In this document: piece after piece, positions 1-7,024 of the stretch
Layout of the letters: each line of letters opens with the position of its first letter
How positions within the stretch are numbered: the stretch's first letter is position 1
From: Oligoflexus sp.
GTDB lineage: Bacteria; Bdellovibrionota_B; Oligoflexia; Oligoflexales; Oligoflexaceae
Assembly (NCBI GenBank): GCA_041736305.1
Contig: JBGSTX010000063.1
Coordinates: 1 to 17,188 of the forward strand
Length of the DNA: 17,188 bases
Direction of reading: 5' to 3'
Position numbers and translations under genes: made by a program
The notes under the pieces: generated by a model
Database searches by the model: none
Seen by the model: the letters and a program-made list of their open reading frames with translations, nothing else
Told to the model about the DNA's origin: nothing

Positions 1-68
1 TCTTCAAAGCTGATCCCGCGTTCTCGTTTGAGCTGAGTGTTCTTTGCCTCATCCCAGTTTACCCGCAT
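1..68 (-). CDS. BrnT-family type II toxin, 5' part (continues beyond window)
   Basis: Manual translation from ATG at 68: MRVNWDEAKNTQLKRERGISFE..., matching the BrnT N-terminal WDxxKNxxxxxxxGISFE pattern. GGAGG RBS 7 nt upstream. Confidence 0.75.
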   Translation of the reverse strand, partial: MRVNWDEAKNTQLKRERGISFE

Positions 69-97
69 GGACGATCCTCCTGCTTATCGGTAGGAAG

Positions 98-137
98 CAT
101 AACAGTTATTAGACTTTAATCATAACAGTTATGATTA
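98..137. promoter_or_regulatory. Tandem palindromic operator-like site upstream of the BrnT-like gene
   Basis: Perfect 10-bp inverted repeat TAATCATAAC-A-GTTATGATTA at 117-137. Its core CATAACAGTTAT occurs at both 98-109 and 121-132. Confidence 0.55.
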
Positions 138-217
138 TTTATTAATATATTGATATTAATGACATAAAAAACCAAACCTCATAAGCTTACAGTCACTTTA
201 GCGTACCTGAAATGCCG

Positions 218-275
218 GTGAGTAGACCAGAGGGATTTCACCTCTAGCGCCGGGTACAGAGGGCGCCTCTCGATA
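218..275 (-). mobile_element. Possible degenerate group II intron 3' end (domain VI, eroded domain V)
   Basis: Minus strand reads GCTAGAGG-TGAAAT-CCCTCTGG-TCT-A-CTC-AC, a DVI-type hairpin with bulged A and AY end. ATCGAGAGG upstream resembles a DV loop, but the DV stem is not intact. Confidence 0.45.
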
Positions 276-317
276 AAATGAAGCCCCTGGGTTGCCGAAC
301 TTAGTTCGTCACCTAAT

Positions 318-452
318 CTAGATTTTTTGCCTAGATCCGAATAGATAGTGATTGAGTCTGTTATTCTGAATCGTGAGTTTTTCGATTATTTGAAGGAGCT
401 CGTCTTTCGATAGCTCCGCTAAATTCTTTGTTTTTTGGATAGTCTTTTTCAT
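318..452 (-). pseudogene. tnpC: IS66 transposase TnpC, N-terminal fragment (44 aa)
   Basis: Manual translation MKKTIQKTKNLAELSKDELLQIIEKLTIQNNRLNHYLFGSRQKI*. Coiled-coil plus LFGxR motif typical of the TnpC start, directly after IS66 tnpB. DDE core absent. Confidence 0.7.
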
Positions 453-476
453 AGGCGAGTTTCTTAGCAGAGAAAC

Positions 477-836
477 TCAGTCTATGCTCGTAAATTCAAG
501 CGGCTGGTGCATTTTTATTTTGCTTAGATCGACTCCTTGGAGAAGCCATTTCAATTGTTTCTGTGAAATCATGAGTTTGTCATTTTCGCCTTTCTCTGGC
601 CATTTATAGGAGTCTTTTTCGAGTGCCTTGCTCCAGAGTGCAAACCCAGTAAGATCCCAGTAAAGCATGCGTATTCCGTTTCGACGGCGGTTCGAAAAGA
701 CAAAAAGACACCTAGCGTCGATAGGATTTTCTTTCAATACACGTTTTACGATAGAGGAGAGACCGTAGGCCTGTTTTCGGAAGTCGACGGCATCTGTGCA
801 CAAAAATATTTTTGAAAAGTTGCCGACATCTTTCAT
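477..836 (-). CDS. tnpB: IS66 family accessory protein TnpB
   Basis: Motifs VDFRKxxxGL, LFVFSNRRR, LYWDxTGFxLWxKxLE, QLxWLLQG. Confidence 0.95.
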   Translation of the reverse strand: MKDVGNFSKIFLCTDAVDFRKQAYGLSSIVKRVLKENPIDARCLFVFSNRRRNGIRMLYWDLTGFALWSKALEKDSYKWPEKGENDKLMISQKQLKWLLQGVDLSKIKMHQPLEFTSID

Positions 837-1102
837 AGCGGTATCTCCAGAAGAAGACCGTATGAGGTCGAGATGCGCAAGGTCCTGGCGGCAGGCTGAG
901 ACAAGCTTGTTTCCTCCATAACTTCTACAAATGAAAAGTTAGGCAGTGGTTTGGAGGATACAATATCTCTATTTTTCCTCAGCCAGTTATGAAAGGTAGA
1001 GATGCTAAGTGAGTGCTCACAGCAAAATTCCGCCTGAGTCAGACCACTTTTATGGAATTCTAAAATTATATTTTTAATCTGGGTTGGTGTTCTTTTCTTC
1101 AT
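833..1102 (-). CDS. tnpA: IS66 family accessory HTH protein TnpA
   Basis: SGLTQAEFCxEHSLSISTFHNW helix-turn-helix and FVEV motif. 4-nt overlap with tnpB. Confidence 0.88.
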   Translation of the reverse strand: MKKRTPTQIKNIILEFHKSGLTQAEFCCEHSLSISTFHNWLRKNRDIVSSKPLPNFSFVEVMEETSLSQPAARTLRISTSYGLLLEIPL

Positions 1103-1141
1103 GAGTTCCTTCCATCTTTTCTAGTGAAAAGATCTTATCAC

Positions 1142-2200
1142 TCAGAAGATCCCGATCGATAGCCGTCGCTTTATGAGGCGCTCACGGCCTTGCAGCTTGT
1201 AGAGTTTATTGCCGAACATCACTGTGTGATCCCTCCTGACTTTGCGTTCGTACTTCATGCAGAAAATATGGTCGAGATTAATTCCCTGGGCAAGCTGTCG
1301 GTAGCGGCTTTGAGGGTCACGTGCAGTTACGGTATTTCGCTCCAGCCAGTAGTTTGGTATAAAGTGTTTCTGTAAGTATTCGTTGGCAGCGCCCAGGGCT
1401 TTGATACCGTTAATTCGAAGTTCCGGTATCAGGCGGTCCTGGAACGTCTGCCACGTTCTTTCAATCCTGCCTTTAGCCTGGGCTGAGTTTGCAAAAATAA
1501 CCCTCACTTCTAACTCATCGCACGCCCGCCCAAACTGGAAGAAATGTTGTCTCTTTAAACCACCAAACCAACCGGCATGATCGACGTAAAGTGCCTCAGG
1601 AATGCCTCGAATCTCGATAATCCTTCGCAAGACTGTCATGCAGTTTATTGTGTCTTCACTACGAAAAAACTCAGCGTAAGGTATATCACTCGTTGCATCA
1701 TCAATAGCTGCTATCAAGACCCACTCGTCTTGTCCATTCCATTTATGGTGAGAACCATCCATTTGAAGCAGTAGCCCTTCGTTAGCAAGGCGCTCACGAT
1801 ACATGCGCTTTTTGCTGGCTCGCCGTCTCTTGCGCTTGCCAATGCCTGCAGCTCTACACCAGCTACGAAAACTTGAGTAGCTTACGGTTAAGCCATGAAG
1901 CTTTTGCAGCATCTCGAAGCAATGGGTCATATTGAAATCACTGTAAGAGCTAGAAGCTAGCTTGAGCATGGCTTCTTTGAGGCCTTCATCGATCTTGTTA
2001 TGAGGCTTAGACCGAGAGTTGCCGTGCTTAACACCTTCCATACCAAGCTCTCTCACCCTCTTTGCCTTTCTCTGTACTGACTTTTCAGACAGACCCAGGA
2101 GCATCGATGCCTCCTTTCGGGAAATTCTTCCCGCTCGGTAATCTTCGATGATCCTGAAGAGATACTGCTCGTTCTTTGACATTGAAATTGTCCCATCCAT
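1142..2200 (-). pseudogene. ISNCY/IS1202-family DDE transposase, C-terminus interrupted by IS66
   Basis: N-terminal HTH, then LLQMDGSHHxW, AIDDATS, ALYVD and QAKGRIER. The last ~14 codons (RERLIKRRLSIGIF) come from the IS66 end at 1185. Confidence 0.85.
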
Positions 2201-2234
2201 GGAACCTCCCTTTATCCAATGACTTTTTGGAATA

Positions 2235-2305
2235 AAGACAGATTCTAGCCTAGGGGACAGAATCGCTTGAGAATTAGAGGGGGACAGAGTCGCTTGCTAA
2301 TTACA
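2235..2305 (-). repeat. IS1202-type left end: TGT terminus with subterminal repeats
   Basis: Minus strand begins TGTAATTAGC at 2305. Plus-strand repeats GGGGACAGA(A/G)TCGCTTG at 2253-2269 and 2280-2296, with a degenerate third copy near 2235. Confidence 0.8.
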
Positions 2306-2439
2306 GTTTGACAGCCGAAGGAACGCCCGAACTAGCTCGTCTATCTCACCTTATTTATTAAACAATTCAGATGTTCTATGCGAAACCGCAAATAATGCCG
2401 ATGTATCTCAAGTAGCTCGTGATGCGACTGGGGAGTACT

Positions 2440-4152
2440 ATGCGACAAGAGTCTGGGAATATTACACTGGCCGTAGTCTTAGGGATTGCCGGGACGATAG
2501 GAGCCCTCTATCAGTTCAAGAGTGTGTCGCATTCTATCCGCGAAGTAGAGAGGCAAAGGGTCAGCTCTGAGGGCGAATCGCAAGTCCTTTCCAATCTCAA
2601 TCGCTATAGAGGTTTGCTCGGTTCGAACGGCCTCAATGCGTTTGCCATCTATCCCGAACCTTATCTGAAGGCGGATACGCAGCTAGCGCAGTTTGGGACT
2701 CACTTGGCTTTCCAAAGTAGCTTCAATATCGGCACGCAGACCGTCCAGCTCACGCAAGCTGAAAGTCGCCAAATCACAGAACCACAGCTCACCAGAATCA
2801 TGACCGGCGCGATGAAGCCTAATGATCTCTGCCAAGATGCTAATTGTGCGAAAAGCAAAATCAAGCTGATTAGCTTCAACCGTGACACCAGCGGAACAGT
2901 CCCTGAACGCATCCTCTCGGCCAACGTCGAAGTCAAAACCGAGGTGATCGATCCCAGAACAAAAAAGCCCGTAGAAAAAACCATGATCGCGCAAGTGCCG
3001 ATGGAGGCACCACAGGTTAGCACAGCAATTCTCCGACTGTCCGAAGCTCCGAAAGGGGTGGCTGGAAAACAGCTTGCAGCCGTAAACCTCAGCAGCAAAT
3101 CGCAAACGGTAAAAGTGGGAAGTCCTGAATTATCGGCAGAACTAATCGTCGGCGGAGTAGCTGTCTCTGCCGAAATATCAATCTTGGAGCAGAACAAAAC
3201 CTACAGCAGTGATGATAAGGACCAATGGGGCTTGGACGAAGAAGGTTTCCCAAAACATGGCGCTGTATCCATCAGAAACCAGGGCAGCAGGCTTGTGCAT
3301 ACCCCCGTCTTCACTGTCGAGCACGGAATACAATACACCATTGTCGGCCGTATCATTTCGGTCGATTCGAGTGCATCAAATCCCGAACTTCGCCTCATTT
3401 TGGATGTCGCATTACCCCCTCCTCCCGATCCTGCGACCTGTAAAAAAGAGTGCGCAGACAAAGCTCGCTGGTATGACGGCCCCTATAAAGGCAGCACTCC
3501 AGGCTCCTATGCTACGATGGTTCCCGGCAAATACAGTTGCATGTACAACGATGGAATCCCAGGCGGCGATCCTGTCTACTCGTTCGATCCAGCCAAAAAT
3601 TGCGAGAAGGAAGGCCCCATTGGCTTTCGCACGCCTGAAACTGGCTGTTTTGTGGGTAATACACCTATCCGCATGGCAGATGGTCGATACAGGCCCATAT
3701 CGGAAATCGTTGTAGGCGATATGCTTTGGAATCCAATTTTGAAGCGTGGATTTGCCGTCAAAAAAGTAATCGTCGGTCCAGAGACGGGCCAGCTTCTGCG
3801 TATCAGCTACGCAGGCCGGCGCGAGCTGCTCGTGACGCCGGACCATCCCTTTCTCGATCGTTTCGGGTCAGTTGTAGAAGCACGAAATTTGAGCAGCATC
3901 GTTACGAATGAAGGATTAAATTCGCCGCTTTCTCTGGAATGGGATCTCAATACGGAAGCGCAGGCCGTCTTCAACCTGGAAATGGATGCCCCTTCTTCCG
4001 ATCGTGACGCTCATTTCATCGATGCTAACGGAACGATCGCAGGGGATCATAGCTTGCAGAGCCAAATCAAATCTAGGAATGTCGAGGCATTTACTCCAGA
4101 CGCAGAGCGCTGGAGCACGCTCGATCTCGATTTCACTCGTTTAGAACTGTAA
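2440..4152 (+). CDS. PilX/GspK-like prepilin-anchored protein with C-terminal Hint (Hedgehog/intein) domain
   Basis: Likely start ATG 2440 (GGGGAG RBS). N-terminus MRQESG|NITLAVVLGIAGTIGALY is a class III-like signal without Glu5. Poly-Pro linker and 4-Cys region follow, then G|CFVGNTPIRMADG...I.EIVVGD, block B VTPDHPF, VFNL, FIDANG. Confidence 0.8.
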   Translation: MRQESGNITLAVVLGIAGTIGALYQFKSVSHSIREVERQRVSSEGESQVLSNLNRYRGLLGSNGLNAFAIYPEPYLKADTQLAQFGTHLAFQSSFNIGTQTVQLTQAESRQITEPQLTRIMTGAMKPNDLCQDANCAKSKIKLISFNRDTSGTVPERILSANVEVKTEVIDPRTKKPVEKTMIAQVPMEAPQVSTAILRLSEAPKGVAGKQLAAVNLSSKSQTVKVGSPELSAELIVGGVAVSAEISILEQNKTYSSDDKDQWGLDEEGFPKHGAVSIRNQGSRLVHTPVFTVEHGIQYTIVGRIISVDSSASNPELRLILDVALPPPPDPATCKKECADKARWYDGPYKGSTPGSYATMVPGKYSCMYNDGIPGGDPVYSFDPAKNCEKEGPIGFRTPETGCFVGNTPIRMADGRYRPISEIVVGDMLWNPILKRGFAVKKVIVGPETGQLLRISYAGRRELLVTPDHPFLDRFGSVVEARNLSSIVTNEGLNSPLSLEWDLNTEAQAVFNLEMDAPSSDRDAHFIDANGTIAGDHSLQSQIKSRNVEAFTPDAERWSTLDLDFTRLEL

Positions 4153-5019
4153 ATGTGGCAAAGGACAGGCAGGGTCGTTGCGCGGAAGATCGATCGTGAG
4201 GCCTGTCTCGTTAACGAGCGCCGCCATGGATCCGATGAGGAGATTAGATTGACTGATCTTCTCGCTCACCTCTGCAGCTTCCTTCGCCGAAACAGACTGC
4301 TGGCTTAGAACTTGGTTCAGGCCCTTGGCATTGCGCGCCTCGGAACGCGAGGTATCAAGAAGTGCAAGCTGCTCTCCTTCCTGAATATACTGAAAATAGT
4401 ACACGCGGTCGGAACCGGGTTCAGGGTTTTTCAAGACTTGGTTGATATCGGTCACTGCCGCTGTCGAACAGGAATTGCTGCCCCGGGAGTTGCTGCATAG
4501 ATAAAGGCCCAGGGAACGAGGTTCTGCCGTCTGCGTGGTTTCGGCTTTCCAGCGCAAGATAAACGCGGAATTCGTGATATTGGTAACATCAATCTTTTGA
4601 AAGATGAGATTCTTGCGCTTGCCCATATCTTCCAGACTCAGGGCTAGACTATTGGGACTGCGGCGCTTCTGATCGATGCGAATCAGGTCCAGATCGCCAG
4701 CCTCACATTTCTTCACTGTTGACTTGAATCGGACCTTCACTTCCCAAAAGCCATTTTTTTTCGCGAAGGGGAGTCTTTTGAGGCCGATTTGCCGCATGAT
4801 TCCGGCAATCTTTTGATCCTTGGCTCCTACGTCTGGCGACATGGAATTCGGAGCAGGGTCAGGTAAGATCTGCGGATCAACATCGGCAGCACTTGCAGGG
4901 CCCTTTTCAGATTGGGCAAGTTTCGGATTCTTGGCATCTTTATTGATGATCTTATTAAAAAAGCTCACGAGAAAAGCTACGAAGGACACTATAGCTACAA
5001 TCGTGAGTAACTTTTTCAC
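4141..5019 (-). CDS. Hypothetical N-terminally membrane-anchored protein (4 Cys)
   Basis: Long ORF (track 4141-5088). GTG at 5019 gives MKKLLTIVAIVSFVAFLVSFF, a basic tip plus TM helix. 3' end overlaps the Hint gene by 12 nt. No recognised family. Confidence 0.7.
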   Translation of the reverse strand: MKKLLTIVAIVSFVAFLVSFFNKIINKDAKNPKLAQSEKGPASAADVDPQILPDPAPNSMSPDVGAKDQKIAGIMRQIGLKRLPFAKKNGFWEVKVRFKSTVKKCEAGDLDLIRIDQKRRSPNSLALSLEDMGKRKNLIFQKIDVTNITNSAFILRWKAETTQTAEPRSLGLYLCSNSRGSNSCSTAAVTDINQVLKNPEPGSDRVYYFQYIQEGEQLALLDTSRSEARNAKGLNQVLSQQSVSAKEAAEVSEKISQSNLLIGSMAALVNETGLTIDLPRNDPACPLPHLQF

Positions 5020-5052
5020 AAGAACCCCATTTCTTTCTTTGTCTATTAAATA

Positions 5053-5061
5053 TGATATACT
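5053..5061 (+). promoter_or_regulatory. Possible extended -10 promoter (TGnTATACT) for the pilin pair
   Basis: TGATATACT in the AT-rich divergent spacer, about 45 nt before ATG 5105. Confidence 0.3.
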
Positions 5062-5104
5062 TATTTCAAACAGTCTTTCCAGTGCCAATCCCCAAGGAGA
5101 AAGA

Positions 5105-5800
5105 ATGGCGAAGAAGAGCCCAAATCTTCGGGGTCAAGATGGCTTTAATCTTGTGAGTGTTCTCGTGAGCCTAGGGCTCATATCTATGCTTGGGATGCTC
5201 GCAAGCCGCGCATACATCAGTTCCAAGCAGGTAAAACAGTCGTTAAAGGCTGGCGAAAGCTATGAGCAAGTGCAGGACGTTTTGGTCGATTCGTTGAAGA
5301 CCTTTGTAAAAACTAAAGTTTCCAAGTCGGACGATCCCTGCGCCGATCCCAGCGGATTTTTTGGTACGCATCCTTTCCTCAGGAAATTTGAGGGTAAATT
5401 CGAAACCGTCCGTTCAGCTCGCCCTTCTAGTGTCAATGCTAATGCCTGGAATGAGGTCTTCGGTAATGCTTTTAACGCCAAAAGCTTTGCCGGAACAGCT
5501 CTCAATCGCTGCTCTAACACAGAACTAGGAATCAACGGGCGCTTTCATTTTTGCCTAAGTGTTCAGCGCGACGAGAATGCTCCAACGGGGAGCATTTTGC
5601 GATCACCCTTCGCATTTGTAGAAGTCGCGGTGCAGCTTTTCGATTTGCAGGTAGGTACCCCTATCACTTGTTCGATGTATCTAGAAACTAGCCGAAAAAC
5701 AGCCGGCGCATCGGTCGATTATCTTATGTTTTGGCTCACCGAAAATGGCTCAAATCTGGATCTCAAGAAAAAGAATGGGTCGTTTTATGTCAGCAGATGA
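5105..5800 (+). CDS. Type IV prepilin-like protein (PilV-like minor pilin, Ser at +5)
   Basis: AAGGAG RBS, then MAKKSPNLRGQDG|FNLVSVLVSLGLISMLGMLA. 4 Cys in the head domain. The upstream part of track ORF 4820 is antisense shadow. Confidence 0.82.
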   Translation: MAKKSPNLRGQDGFNLVSVLVSLGLISMLGMLASRAYISSKQVKQSLKAGESYEQVQDVLVDSLKTFVKTKVSKSDDPCADPSGFFGTHPFLRKFEGKFETVRSARPSSVNANAWNEVFGNAFNAKSFAGTALNRCSNTELGINGRFHFCLSVQRDENAPTGSILRSPFAFVEVAVQLFDLQVGTPITCSMYLETSRKTAGASVDYLMFWLTENGSNLDLKKKNGSFYVSR

Positions 5801-6509
5801 TGAACGAGGTTTCAGCCTGATCGAAATGTTAGTCGCCACGCTCTTAGCTGGATTTTTAGCTTGGCTGGGATCTAGCTTTTTTACGAAGCAGCAAAAATTG
5901 ACAGCAAGCCAGGACGCGCGCGATGAAGCTGTAAAGACGAATAAGTACCTAGCCAACATTCTGCGGCGGGATCTGCTATTCGCGCTGGCGCCTGAAGATG
6001 TTGTCGTCAATTCTCTTCATGACATCACCATCAAGCGTCCCAAACGTCAGCTAAGCGGATCCAAGCCTGATCCTACCCAGATCTACGAGGTGAGGTATCG
6101 GGCTGTTTGCGCGAAGGTACCTCCCGATCTGACCACGACCTTAGGTAAGGCGAGCTTTACGACCGTTTCAAATAATGCGCAGACTCGAAGTAGCTGCCTG
6201 AAAACGGCGACTTTGAAATGCTCGGCAGGCACCTTCCCGCAGCTACAGATTGTCTTTCCTAAGGCGCCTGATATTCCGAGTTACAGCGCTTCGCTTTTCC
6301 CTGACTTGAGTGCTACGGGCAGTCGGATAAATCGAGGAATTGCTGGTGTCTTACCTTGTTTTCAACAGAACGGTAGTCAGATCACAGTGGGCTTGGACAC
6401 ATTCAACCTGAAACACGACGGCTCACAAGCTCAATCGCTGGATCTGGTCGCAGAGCGCCTCTTTTTGCTGGTCGGTAACGTCAGCGACATGGTCATCCTG
6501 CAGCAATAG
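5787..6509 (+). CDS. Type IV prepilin N-methylation domain protein (PilW-like minor pilin)
   Basis: MSADDERG|FSLIEMLVATLLAGFLAWLG with canonical Gly-1/Phe1/Glu5, then LRRDL. Overlaps the previous gene by 14 nt. Confidence 0.9.
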   Translation: MSADDERGFSLIEMLVATLLAGFLAWLGSSFFTKQQKLTASQDARDEAVKTNKYLANILRRDLLFALAPEDVVVNSLHDITIKRPKRQLSGSKPDPTQIYEVRYRAVCAKVPPDLTTTLGKASFTTVSNNAQTRSSCLKTATLKCSAGTFPQLQIVFPKAPDIPSYSASLFPDLSATGSRINRGIAGVLPCFQQNGSQITVGLDTFNLKHDGSQAQSLDLVAERLFLLVGNVSDMVILQQ

Positions 6510-6659
6510 AAAACTCAATGCTTCTTTTCCAATCTTAGAAACCTAACGCGCCGCCTGCAGGCACTTCGCAGACTTCCCGACCACACCCCTATCTTAAAAT
6601 CTAAGCTGAACCATCTTCCCTAGCTCATTGAATATGCCAACTCAAGTCATCCGTATGCG

Positions 6660-6810
6660 GGATGGCAGATAGCCGACCGCATGACTCAAAATCTCGTGTT
6701 GGAGGCACTAGATATGGCCGTGAAAGCGAGACGGCCTGCGTCTAGTCCATCATTCAGAACGCGGAAGCCAATACGTTTCCAGAGCCTATCAACGGCGCCT
6801 GTGGCGCTCG
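6660..6810 (+). pseudogene. IS3-family transposase (rve) internal fragment, frameshifted
   Basis: Manual translation GWQIADRMTQNLVLEALDMAVKARRP, frameshift near 6747, then HHSERGSQYVSRAYQRRL (IS3 HHSDRGSQY motif). Confidence 0.85.
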
Positions 6811-6932
6811 CCTCCCGAAGGGACTAGCTGAAGTCGCGATCAATGAACCCATTCGGCCCATTCGTAAGCAATCTTAAACGAACGCAGAAATACCTGATTT
6901 TCTAAGGTAAATTCAGCCGCTTTTTAATGGCT

Positions 6933-6959
6933 TAAGGTTCCAAGAAATCTGTCCGACAT
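6933..6959 (+). promoter_or_regulatory. Sigma28 (FliA)-like promoter
   Basis: TAAG-N15-TCCGACAT, about 65 nt before the GTG start of the large lipoprotein. Confidence 0.5.
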
Positions 6960-7024
6960 AGCTTCTTGTATGGAGAAAGTCCGAGCTTCATTCCTGTGGG
7001 ATGGAGCTCAACTGGGAGACAAAT

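Larger units (their letters stand above)
318..1185 (-). mobile_element. Partial IS66 element (left end, tnpA, tnpB, truncated tnpC)
   Basis: Minus-strand GTGAGCGCC at 1185 fits the IS66 GT(A/G)AGCG terminus, about 80 nt upstream of tnpA. No right end found. Confidence 0.75.

Noticed and set aside
2306-2365. XerCD (dif-like) target site next to the IS1202 end
   Set aside because: No convincing 11-6-11 XerC/XerD arrangement. The palindrome at 117-137 also has the wrong central spacing.
3631-3645. TPETG immediately before the Hint Cys resembles the sortase motif LPETG
   Set aside because: First residue is Thr, and no C-terminal TM helix or basic tail follows. The Gly is simply the -1 residue of the Hint junction.
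3646-4059. Canonical splicing intein
   Set aside because: No terminal His-Asn followed by Cys/Ser/Thr, no homing endonuclease, and no substantial C-extein.
4820-5104. 95-codon N-terminal extension of the track ORF 4820..5800
   Set aside because: It is antisense to the 4141-5019 gene. The RBS and prepilin signal point to ATG 5105.
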